From assembly GCA_963676915.2 (NCBI GenBank), contig CAXXVK010000014.1, positions 1 to 64,000 of the forward strand: 64,000 nt of DNA, written 5' to 3'. Under the pieces are notes generated by a model, which saw nothing but the letters and a program-made list of their open reading frames with translations, was not told the DNA's origin and made no database searches. Source of the DNA: Myxococcota bacterium. GTDB taxonomy: Bacteria > Myxococcota_A > SURF-8 > G963663525. The first letter of the stretch is position 1. The number at the start of each line of letters is the position of its first letter. Below, piece after piece: positions 11,268-19,551 of this stretch. The translations under genes and the position numbers were made by a program.

Positions 11268-11513
11268 TCAATCGGCGCTTGACAGGACGGACCAGACTTC
11301 GTCATCTTCCTTGAGAGCCGTTTTGAAACCTTTCATGTAGGGAATGGCGCGCCCATTAATGGTAATGGTCGCCAGTTTGAATTCTTTCTTGAAATCCTCG
11401 CCATATTCCCGGATGCCGTAGTCCAGCAACTCTTTCACCGTTTTCACCGGCCACTGTACCTCGTGGGTGTTCATGATCTTGGCAAGTCTGAAATGGGGAA
11501 TGAAGGTCGCCAT
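11268..11513 (-). CDS. MoaD/ThiS-like ubiquitin-fold protein lacking the C-terminal GG
   Basis: 81 aa, directly downstream of aor. Motif TVKELL...ITINGRAI..MKGFKTALKEDDEV. Ends in SSAD. Confidence 0.7.
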   Translation of the reverse strand: MATFIPHFRLAKIMNTHEVQWPVKTVKELLDYGIREYGEDFKKEFKLATITINGRAIPYMKGFKTALKEDDEVWSVLSSAD

Positions 11514-11515
11514 CG

Positions 11516-13393
11516 TTACCTCCTGATCTGCAAACGGTCGAGGGTGCGGTCTGTGGGAATGCCGTCCGGTGACCAACCCCGTGTTTTGTAGTATTTCGGG
11601 AGCATATCTCCCAACGGAACGCCTTTTTCCTGCTCGTCGAACAGGGGTTCGTCGAGGATGCGGCCGGGGAGGGTATCTTCCTTGAAACTGAACCCTTCTC
11701 GGACGTTGAATAAACGTTCCATATTGAAATTGCGTTCGCCGGATTCCGTCAAACGGCCCAGCGAATAGGATTCACCGGTTACATAAGCCAAGTATTTTTC
11801 ATACCATAGCACCGGGAGGAAGGGTTTCATTTTCAGGACGAGTTGCAAGACGGGACCGGAGTTTTTCACGATCGTGGTCAGTCCGTTGTAAAGCGCTCCT
11901 TGTGGATCGAGCGCCCCGGCGATGGAGGGCACGACGGCATAGGCCGAGAACGTGCAGATGATCATGGCGTTGATCGCTGCCATCAGGTTTTGCTGGAAAA
12001 TAACGAGTTCCGGTTTTGCACCGATGGATAGCGGATCGACCGATAGCAGGCCGGTAGCTTCCAAAGCCATCACCGCTCCATTGATATGGCAACCACCCCG
12101 GTTTGTGGTGGCGTATTCCAAGCCTTGACCGTAGCATCCGCGAGGATCGTAGCCCGCCATTTCCATGCCTTTGACATGTATGGCGAATTCCTCTCCACCG
12201 TACTTTTTCGCCAACCGATAGCTGCCGTTGGCGAGTTCGTCTCCCAAGCCCCGCCTGTAAGCGATGTCTTCCAGCGCTTTTTCGACAGCAGCGGTATCAC
12301 CGAATTTAAGGCCGTTGTTCCACAAACCTTTTTCGTTGGCTTCCATGGCGTAAGCCAGGGTACCGCCCGCGGAAATGGAATCCATCCCCAACTCGTCGAG
12401 GAGTTCATTTTGTTTCAAAACGGCTTCGAGATCGAAAATTCCCAGGTTGGAGCCATTCAGTGCCAGCGTTTCGTATTCCGGACCTTTTACGGAAGAACCG
12501 GGCGCGGAAGATTTCAGTTTCCGGCCACAACGGATCGGACAGGACGTGCAGCCTTCACGACCTTCAAGGTATTCGTCCCTCATCAATTCGCCGGAGATCT
12601 TCCAGGCCAGCTTATGGCTTCCCTTTTGGAAATTGAACGTCGGCATGATGTTTTTGCCGGCAGTGGTCATCAGCAGGTTGGCCGTGCCCATCGAAGGCAG
12701 AATTCCGCCGTTAACGCTGTGGTTCTTATAGTAATTGATCATCCACTTGTTGAGGTTTTTGAACTTGTCGCGGCGGGCGACCTCGACCTTCTTTTTTCCT
12801 TTGCAAACCACGGCTTTGAGCATCTTCGAGCCCATGACCGCACCGAGTCCGCTACGTCCGGCGGCACGTCGGCCTGAGATGATCGAAGCGTACAGCACCT
12901 GGTTTTCACCGGCCGGTCCGATCACCGCCGAGTGGGTGCCTTTGGGAAACTGCTTCTGTACCTCGCCGGTGGTCATTCCCCAATATTGATCGGCGGGTTG
13001 GATCGTCGCACCTTCTTCGTTGACATCGAGGTAAACGGGCTTTTTCGCTTGACCCTTGATGACGATAAAGTCGTACCCGGCTTTTTTCATCGTATTGGCG
13101 AAATCTCCGCCACAGGTGGCGTTTCCGATGGTTCCGGTCAACGGTGATTTGGCCGCGACGGAAAACCTCGTGGACTGCACGCCGTACGTACCGTTGTAAG
13201 GTCCGGTGCCGAAAATCAAGGGATTGTCCGGTCCCAAGGCATCGATGCCGGGTTCGGTCATATCGTAAAGCATTCGTGCCGAATACCCTTTGCCACCGAT
13301 GTACTGCCGAACTTCGTCATCCAGAGGTTTGATTTCGGTTTTTTCCGTACCGAGATCCACATGAAGAACCTGGCCCATGTACCCGTTTGCCAT
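11516..13393 (-). CDS. aor: Aldehyde:ferredoxin oxidoreductase family (tungsto-bispterin) enzyme
   Basis: Motifs GYMGQVLHVDL, KSPLTG, IGPAGEN, GRSGLGAVMGSK, CTSCPIRC, GPEYET, DELGMDSIS, GYDPRG and RGGCH. Confidence 0.92.
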   Translation of the reverse strand: MANGYMGQVLHVDLGTEKTEIKPLDDEVRQYIGGKGYSARMLYDMTEPGIDALGPDNPLIFGTGPYNGTYGVQSTRFSVAAKSPLTGTIGNATCGGDFANTMKKAGYDFIVIKGQAKKPVYLDVNEEGATIQPADQYWGMTTGEVQKQFPKGTHSAVIGPAGENQVLYASIISGRRAAGRSGLGAVMGSKMLKAVVCKGKKKVEVARRDKFKNLNKWMINYYKNHSVNGGILPSMGTANLLMTTAGKNIMPTFNFQKGSHKLAWKISGELMRDEYLEGREGCTSCPIRCGRKLKSSAPGSSVKGPEYETLALNGSNLGIFDLEAVLKQNELLDELGMDSISAGGTLAYAMEANEKGLWNNGLKFGDTAAVEKALEDIAYRRGLGDELANGSYRLAKKYGGEEFAIHVKGMEMAGYDPRGCYGQGLEYATTNRGGCHINGAVMALEATGLLSVDPLSIGAKPELVIFQQNLMAAINAMIICTFSAYAVVPSIAGALDPQGALYNGLTTIVKNSGPVLQLVLKMKPFLPVLWYEKYLAYVTGESYSLGRLTESGERNFNMERLFNVREGFSFKEDTLPGRILDEPLFDEQEKGVPLGDMLPKYYKTRGWSPDGIPTDRTLDRLQIRR

Positions 13394-13478
13394 TCTCTCC
13401 TCCTATGTCGGAATGTCTGAAACAAAAGGTACCTTGGATAGAGAAGAATTGCAACTTTCGACGGGATAGAAAAGAAGG

Positions 13479-13680
13479 GGGTGCATCACAAAATGGTGCG
13501 AATTGGCCCAATACTATTGAAGCATTCATTCATTTGGTTGTAGCGGCGAGGCGTAAGCCCGCCGAAAAGGGAGATTGGGGGCGTAAAAGCGACTTCCAAA
13601 AGGCAAAAACGGCGGGCTTACGCCTCGCCGCTACGAAAAAAGAGGATTTTACGAAAGTCGCTATATTTTGTGATGCACCC
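13479..13680. mobile_element. MITE (202 bp, non-autonomous) with 16-bp terminal inverted repeats and a 9-bp target-site duplication
   Basis: TIRs GGGTGCATCACAAAAT (13479-13494) and ATTTTGTGATGCACCC (13665-13680). Direct repeat AAAAGAAGG at 13470-13478 and 13681-13689. Confidence 0.85.
13540..13634. repeat. GTAG-type REP doublet (REPIN-like), a perfect 25-bp inverted repeat
   Basis: GTAGCGGCGAGGCGTAAGCCCGCCG (13540-13564) and its exact reverse complement (13610-13634). Each unit is GTAG plus an imperfect hairpin. Confidence 0.75.
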
Positions 13681-14051
13681 AAAAGAAGGTTCTTGGGAGC
13701 TTTTCAACAGGACATTTCCAGTCAAAAACAAACGATTTTCTCAAAAAAGCTATAAATGACGATTTTACAGTCAGAAAACGACAGAGAAAGGACAGACGAC
13801 GGGATTTCGTCATGATGATTTTCATGGTTTTTACGAAGGATTTCAGTTGGACAAGGTAAGGGAGGTTTGACCCAGCGGGGAGTTTCATGAACCGAAAAAC
13901 GGGTCGAAGTGCTTCTTTGTAATTGGCACCTTGAAAATAACTCACTTTTTTTGCTTCTCCTGACGGATAGTGACACGAATAGTCTTGAAAATGGATAGGA
14001 AACAGGTTGGTTCGAAGGTGATATTTGTCAGGATTACAGAAAATTCATATT

Positions 14052-14067
14052 CGGCATAGGTTTTGCA
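14052..14067 (+). promoter_or_regulatory. Candidate sigma54 (-24/-12) promoter
   Basis: CGGCATAGGTTTTGCA has the GG-N10-GC spacing. Confidence 0.4.
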
Positions 14068-14141
14068 AAGAAATACTGTCGTACGCTCGAAAAAAATTCG
14101 AGTACGTTGAATGGCAACAAAGTGACTGTGGGAGAGATAAA

Positions 14142-14330
14142 GTGAAAATCGTTCCAAATAATCCAAATATTGTGCTGCCTGCGGAACTGTTTGGCGACCA
14201 TATCCAGTGGTGTTCCTACTATGATCAGTATTTTCCTTTACAGTACGACAAAAATGTCGGGCGCTGGCGGTGGCCTTCACAGGTAACAACGATTCGTTTC
14301 TACGATAAAGCGGTCAAATTGAGAAAATAA
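14142..14330 (+). CDS. Possible small protein (62 aa)
   Basis: GGAGAG RBS, GTG start, downstream of a sigma54-like site. No recognisable motif. Confidence 0.3.
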   Translation: MKIVPNNPNIVLPAELFGDHIQWCSYYDQYFPLQYDKNVGRWRWPSQVTTIRFYDKAVKLRK

Positions 14331-14363
14331 TTCAAAATGGCACGCCTTTTTCATTACCCTTTA

Positions 14364-14466
14364 ACAACTGCGGGGCCCGTGGCGAGTCCCAAAAAATCTT
14401 GGTTTCCTCGCAGTTGCCCCGTAGGAGCGGGGGGGAATTCTTCTCTTACGGGGTTGTTTATTTTTT
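14364..14466 (+). ncRNA. Candidate small RNA (two hairpins plus U-tract) behind a sigma54-like promoter
   Basis: Promoter-like TGGCACGCCTTTTTCA at 14338-14353. Stem CAACTGCGGGG/CCTCGCAGTTG (14365-14416). Stem CCCCGTAGGAG/CTCTTACGGGG (14417-14453), followed by TTGTTTATTTTTT. Confidence 0.5.
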
Positions 14467-14813
14467 AAATTTCAACGAGTTTCAGGCTTTTAGCATTTGA
14501 GTTTGTGATTATTATTTCGTTCCTTGAAAAGCGAATGCGAATGGAATGGCGATTCGGACGAAATTGTCTCGAATCCTATGCATGACGCATCCTGCCTATC
14601 TCGCCGACAACCTTCATCGAATCGGGGCTTTCGCTCCATGTTTCCGACAAAAAGTCACTGAAATCCATACGATACAAAGGCGGCGTGTATTCGGCTGATG
14701 CCCTGCTGAGGATTCGAAGGTAGAGCTAGTTTCCATAGAAAGACCGAACTCGGTGATTCAGGAGTTTCGGAAATGGAAATTCTACGGAAATTGGCGATAA
14801 GGAGGAATCAACG

Positions 14814-15221
14814 ATGGAACCATCACTTTCCAGCCGTGGACGGCGACGTCCCGGCTGGTTGACCACGATTGGAATCAGTTTGATGATTCCCGTGGCTCTT
14901 GTATTGCTTCAAGAAGAGTTGATTTCGGGTGAAGTCATTCGAAATGGTACGGTGCAGGTTTCTCTCTCTCAGGAATGCTATGCACGCTGCTGCAATGCGA
15001 CACATCTGGAAGGAGAATGGCGCGGCACTCGTTTCGATCTCAATCTTGACCGTCCGGGATTCAGTGATAGCGTTGCGGCTGGAGACGAAGAATTTTTCAC
15101 GCTGTACGCTATTTGCGAAGACGACTCGCGTCTGGAGATGACCTGGAAAATCCGTATGCCCGAAAGTTTCGACAATCCAAACTACCCATACGTTGCAACC
15201 TGCAATCTTTGCGGTAAATGA
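14814..15221 (+). CDS. Hypothetical membrane-anchored protein
   Basis: Strong AAGGAGG RBS, N-terminal hydrophobic helix and downstream terminator. Confidence 0.55.
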   Translation: MEPSLSSRGRRRPGWLTTIGISLMIPVALVLLQEELISGEVIRNGTVQVSLSQECYARCCNATHLEGEWRGTRFDLNLDRPGFSDSVAAGDEEFFTLYAICEDDSRLEMTWKIRMPESFDNPNYPYVATCNLCGK

Positions 15222-15259
15222 AAAAACGGCGCGTTTATTTTATAGACGCGCCGTTTTTT
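15221..15259. terminator. Intrinsic terminator, bidirectional type
   Basis: AAAAAACGGCGCGT...ACGCGCCGTTTTTT. Confidence 0.7.
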
Positions 15260-15396
15260 CGTGAGTTTTCTTATATAATCTTTTCCTTTTCCTTGACATA
15301 TCTTTGCCAGATTCCGAAAATTGTAATCGTTTTCGTTTCCTTTAACTGTGTTCCTGTGCCTTTTCCAATTCGATCTGAAAAACCGGAGGAAAGACA

Positions 15397-16650
15397 ATGA
15401 CGAGGACCAATCGGACCTGGCTGCCGTCGTACTGTGACCCCAATGCGTTCTTGCCGAAGATTCAGGAAACCCGCACGCTGTTTTCTCATTCACCCTATCT
15501 GTTCCATGATTTTGTCGGACGTGCCATCCGGTTTCTCCAGAGCGACACGGTGGAGAAAATGGGATTTCATTACATTCCCGAAAAAACCTTGCCTTGTCGC
15601 TGGAAATGCGCAGACGAATCCGTGTTCGGGGCGACGATGTCGATTCATGCCTATACGGGACATTATCCTTTCGATAAAGGCGGTATCGGTGGGACGTTCA
15701 ATCAGAACAGCGTTGGTGCAGCCGTGCATCATGGAGATATCAACGTCGATTTCGGTGGTTCCCATACCGGATATGTAGCAGGGGAGGGCGGTGGTTCCTT
15801 CGGGCGTATCTGGCGTCCTTTGCGTCAGGAATACTCCACCGACTGTGGACACCTGATGAGTGTGCTTTCTCCATTTCAGCAGGTTTACGAAGATGCGTGT
15901 CAGTCCATTCAGGTCATTTCCGGTCCGGATGGAAAACTGATGCTGAGTGTCCCCAACGAATTTATTCAGCCCAACTGGAGCGGTCAATCGGTTAAACTCA
16001 TCGTGGATCTGGATACGCTGACCTTCGGAGACGTTCCGTACGACATCGAAGAACCCCAGACCCATACTCCTGTCGGTCGTACCCTATTTTACCTGCATCC
16101 TGAATTTGTCGAAAAGCTGCCGGAAGAGGAAGTCCGAACGTATCACGAGAAGAAAATTGTACCGATTGGAGACCGTTTAAGTCAGGATTATTTCAACATT
16201 TTCGATATCGATGCCGAGTTGGACCCCCAAGGATTGCCTCAACAAAGATTGAGCTTGTATATGAAATACATTCTGGGTTCGAGCTATTCTCCGGCGCCGC
16301 TGAAGGTTGCGATCGTCAACACAAGCCTCCAGCAAAACAAACTGACCGACACCGTGCGTTCGCCGATGTACAAAGATAACGCTTTCGCCAGCTTTACCGG
16401 GATTTTCCTCGACATGTTTTACGAGCCGATCCAAAACTACGTCAACCTTTTCCAACCGATGGGAATTTCCATCAAACCCGCCGGAAGCACGCAATGCGTG
16501 GAATGGCTGCCGGAAGAAATCTTCCAGCATTTCGATACGTTGAAGCCGGTCGAGCCGGTTTATCCGGGACGTAATATGCTGACGCCCGAAATGGAAACCG
16601 ACATTATGAAAATGTTCACCTACCAACCGGGATATTTTGCGAATCCTTGA
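15397..16650 (+). CDS. LCIB/theta-carbonic-anhydrase-like Zn protein with C-terminal extension
   Basis: Ordered motifs C-A-D-E, F-x-x-GG-x-GG, HH, SHTG, G-x-x-x-R and CG resemble the LCIB/C family. GGAGG RBS. TTGACA at 15293. Confidence 0.55.
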   Translation: MTRTNRTWLPSYCDPNAFLPKIQETRTLFSHSPYLFHDFVGRAIRFLQSDTVEKMGFHYIPEKTLPCRWKCADESVFGATMSIHAYTGHYPFDKGGIGGTFNQNSVGAAVHHGDINVDFGGSHTGYVAGEGGGSFGRIWRPLRQEYSTDCGHLMSVLSPFQQVYEDACQSIQVISGPDGKLMLSVPNEFIQPNWSGQSVKLIVDLDTLTFGDVPYDIEEPQTHTPVGRTLFYLHPEFVEKLPEEEVRTYHEKKIVPIGDRLSQDYFNIFDIDAELDPQGLPQQRLSLYMKYILGSSYSPAPLKVAIVNTSLQQNKLTDTVRSPMYKDNAFASFTGIFLDMFYEPIQNYVNLFQPMGISIKPAGSTQCVEWLPEEIFQHFDTLKPVEPVYPGRNMLTPEMETDIMKMFTYQPGYFANP

Positions 16651-16679
16651 TACGTCGAACGTTCTACACTTCGTTACAT

Positions 16680-16708
16680 GCCCGAGCCTTTATGCCTCGG
16701 GCTTTTTT
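16680..16708 (+). terminator. Intrinsic terminator
   Basis: GCCCGAG...CTCGGGC followed by a T-run. Confidence 0.65.
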
Positions 16709-16775
16709 ATTTGCACCGGATGAATTCACGAAAAATCGTTACAAGATGCTAAAAAATGAAAAAAATCGGCAAAAG

Positions 16776-16789
16776 TTGATCGGAGTCAA
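16776..16789 (+). promoter_or_regulatory. FNR/HcpR-type (Crp/Fnr family) binding site at a class II position
   Basis: TTGAT-CGGA-GTCAA matches TTGAT-N4-ATCAA at 9 of 10 positions. A -10-like TATCCT at 16812-16817 places the site centre near -41.5. Confidence 0.6.
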
Positions 16790-16840
16790 GGAAAGGATCG
16801 CACAAACTTCGTATCCTAAAGATGCAAGGAGGTGATCGAT

Positions 16841-17110
16841 ATGGCGAAATGTCCCGGACAAGACACCCGATGGTTGAAGGCGGCATTCTTTCGTTGCTCG
16901 AATTGTCACGAAAAAGTGGAAATGTTTTCGGACGAATTCCGACGACGCTGTCCCCATTGCGGGGAAATGGTCGAAAAAGAGGCCGTTCCCAACTGCGCGT
17001 CCTGGTGCGCTGCTGCGAAAGACTGCCTGGGCGAAGAAAACTACGCCCGGTTTCTCGAACAATCCCGAAAGGCCGAAGAGGCCGAAGCTGCAGAAGCCGT
17101 GAAAAACTGA
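16841..17110 (+). CDS. Small Cys-rich zinc-ribbon protein
   Basis: AAGGAGGT RBS. Motifs CPGQD, CSNC, EMFSDE, CPHC and CASWC. Confidence 0.75.
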   Translation: MAKCPGQDTRWLKAAFFRCSNCHEKVEMFSDEFRRRCPHCGEMVEKEAVPNCASWCAAAKDCLGEENYARFLEQSRKAEEAEAAEAVKN

Positions 17111-17123
17111 GAGCAGGTAAGCG

Positions 17124-17882
17124 ATGGAAACCACACGTAAAATTATCGAAATCGACGATGAAAAGTGCACCGGATGCGGGCAATGCATTATCGATTGCGC
17201 CGAAGGAGCCTTGAAAATCATCGATGGAAAAGCTCGACTCGTCAAAGACAGCTATTGCGACGGATTGGGGGCCTGCTTGGGTTCCTGCCCCGAAGATGCG
17301 TTGAAAATCATCGAGAGAAGTGCCGAAGCGTTCGACGAGGAAGAAGTCCACAAGTACTTGGAATCTCAAAAGAGTTCCGAGAAAATATCAGCACCGGAAC
17401 CCTGTGCTTGTCCGGGAAGTCTCTTACAGGTTCTTACCCCAGGTGGAGAGCCTGCCCCTGGCAATTCAAATTCTGAAACAATCTCTCCGTCTTCGGAATT
17501 GCAGCAGTGGCCCGTTCAGCTTCGTTTATTGCCGCCAGATGGAAAAATTTTCGAAGACAAAGACCTGCTGATTCTCGCCGACTGCGTGGCTGTGGCTTAT
17601 CCCGATCTTCATCAAAAACTAATTCGAGGCAACACCGTAGCGATGACCTGTCCGAAACTCGATGATGGCCGGGAGACGGTCGAAAGACTGTCCCGGATTT
17701 TTGCCAATCCGCTTCGTTCCATTTCCGTGGCTGTGATGGAAGTTCCCTGTTGTTCCGGGCTGTTACGTATGATTCAGCAAGCTTTGGAGAAAGCCGGAAA
17801 AACGCTTCCGGTCGGTATGACGAAAATATCGGCACGCGGCGAAGTGCTCGAACACCGGGACTTGGAACCTCCCCGTTTGTAA
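17124..17882 (+). CDS. 2x[4Fe-4S] ferredoxin-domain protein (FrdX-like)
   Basis: Motifs CTGCGQCIIDC, CDGLGACLGSCP, SELQQWPVQL, ADC, CPKLD and MEVPCC. Confidence 0.85.
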   Translation: METTRKIIEIDDEKCTGCGQCIIDCAEGALKIIDGKARLVKDSYCDGLGACLGSCPEDALKIIERSAEAFDEEEVHKYLESQKSSEKISAPEPCACPGSLLQVLTPGGEPAPGNSNSETISPSSELQQWPVQLRLLPPDGKIFEDKDLLILADCVAVAYPDLHQKLIRGNTVAMTCPKLDDGRETVERLSRIFANPLRSISVAVMEVPCCSGLLRMIQQALEKAGKTLPVGMTKISARGEVLEHRDLEPPRL

Positions 17883-17950
17883 ATTTTGAAATATACTTTT
17901 TTCCTGATATACTCCGCGCATTGAGACATTCGAACCCTTTGGAGAACCTC

Positions 17951-19150
17951 ATGCGCGGTGTGCCACTCATGGTGTTTGTGCTTCTGTGGAGTATTTTCGG
18001 TCTTTTCCTGTCGGGATGCAGCGAGGATCGTTCGTCTGAGTTTCGGGCGGATCAGGATGTGTTGTCCGAAGTGGAAAATGAAGAAGACACGATTTTACCG
18101 ACGCCATACGATGAATTTTACAAACAAATTCAAGAAGATGCTTTTCATTTCGAGATGAGTGGCGGGAAGTGGCTCGAAGAGTTCGGGGACGCGGCCTATT
18201 ATGGGCTGGCGTTTTATATTCACGCGGGAAAAGATTACAAAAGAGACGAGTATCTCGACCGTGCGGAGCAGGTGAAAGCCTACGACCTCGACGTAATCGA
18301 ACGAGGCAGTTCAGACGGCATCTACTTTCTCGATAATCTCGAAGAAGTCATTATGGCAACGCTGGGAATCATCGAATACGTTTCCGTAACGGGAAACAAA
18401 TCTCCGATGGCTTCGGTAGATGCTATCGTGGAGTACGTCAATCAGACCGTGCATGGTTTCGACGATTATCTGGAGTTGACTGGTATCGAGTCTTATGCTC
18501 TTGACACTTACGGATCTACGGCCATCACCGGTGTGATGAGTTTAATGAATTTGCGCTATGCCGAACAACTCGATCTGGACGAGGAAAAAAAGGCGGCTTG
18601 TTTGAATCGTGGTTTGGAAATTCTGAACAAAATCGAAGAGAAAGCCTGGTGGGAAGAACAAAGTGTCTACCGCTTCGATTCTTCATCGGAGACTTTGTTT
18701 TTATATCCCAACCTGATTCTAATGCTTTCCAATGCCATCGCTTACAAACTGACCGGAACCGAAGCGTACCGGGAGAGAGCCGAGGCGATTTTCGAAGGTA
18801 TCGAACCACTGAAAAACGAAGCGTTGGGGTGTTATCACAGTCCGTATTCCGCCAAACACATGGGAGCGCAAACGGAGGTATATTCTACCTTAAGTAGCCA
18901 GAACTACTTGATTATGGCTACGACGTTGCTTTGGGAGATTATCGGCGACGAGCGCTATGCTGAGGCCATTGCTCCCGTGGAAGGATTTATTCAGTCTTAT
19001 CTTTACGACCCAGAACAGGGACGAATTCTCCATCACTGGATAGACGACCGCATTGCGGTTATCGAAGACCCGGAATATTTTTGTTCCGGGTGCAACCTTC
19101 AATTTCTTTACGCGCTTTGGTATCTCGAGAACAATCTTTACAATCGGTAA
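17951..19150 (+). CDS. Lipoprotein with probable (alpha/alpha)6 toroid, glycoside-hydrolase-like (GH76/AGE-like)
   Basis: GGAGA RBS, lipobox LSGC, helical repeats (AYKLTGTEAYRERAE, LWEIIGDERY) and C-terminal CSGC. Confidence 0.55.
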   Translation: MRGVPLMVFVLLWSIFGLFLSGCSEDRSSEFRADQDVLSEVENEEDTILPTPYDEFYKQIQEDAFHFEMSGGKWLEEFGDAAYYGLAFYIHAGKDYKRDEYLDRAEQVKAYDLDVIERGSSDGIYFLDNLEEVIMATLGIIEYVSVTGNKSPMASVDAIVEYVNQTVHGFDDYLELTGIESYALDTYGSTAITGVMSLMNLRYAEQLDLDEEKKAACLNRGLEILNKIEEKAWWEEQSVYRFDSSSETLFLYPNLILMLSNAIAYKLTGTEAYRERAEAIFEGIEPLKNEALGCYHSPYSAKHMGAQTEVYSTLSSQNYLIMATTLLWEIIGDERYAEAIAPVEGFIQSYLYDPEQGRILHHWIDDRIAVIEDPEYFCSGCNLQFLYALWYLENNLYNR

Positions 19151-19189
19151 AGAAATCTGCCATTTCAAGCGCGTTGGCGAAAAATCCCG

Positions 19190-19537
19190 CTAAAACGTGA
19201 AAACCTGGTAGCCTTTTTCAAGGTAAGAGGAAAGGCTAGGATGCCCGGACATGTCGCCCGCCAACGTCAACCCTTGTTCCACAGCGCTGTCTTTGCTGCC
19301 CATTTTCGTTGCACAGGCCTTGCAGACACAGCCGATCAAGCCTTCTTCTTTCGCCTTGGCGAATTGCTTGGCAAAAGGCTTTTCGGGATCTTCGTACAGT
19401 TCCTTGACCAACTTCGTGGCGGAACCTTCGATCACGATCTCCACTTCGTAGCCCTTGGCTTTCATGTCGAAAGCATTGAGCAAAACGTGGGCGAAGCAGA
19501 ATAGTTCTCCGTTGAACGCAAATAATGCAGCTTTCAT
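19190..19537 (-). CDS. DsrE-family small protein
   Basis: Motifs CFAHVLLNA, IVIEGSA, VCKACA and GHPS...GYQVFTF. Confidence 0.7.
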   Translation of the reverse strand: MKAALFAFNGELFCFAHVLLNAFDMKAKGYEVEIVIEGSATKLVKELYEDPEKPFAKQFAKAKEEGLIGCVCKACATKMGSKDSAVEQGLTLAGDMSGHPSLSSYLEKGYQVFTF

Positions 19538-19551
19538 TTTGGACCTCCCGT

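Noticed and set aside
13394-14800. Moco/Wco or c-di-GMP riboswitch upstream of aor
   Set aside because: I recognised no consensus elements by eye. The MITE/REP and the sRNA candidate explain the structures present. An Rfam scan would settle it.
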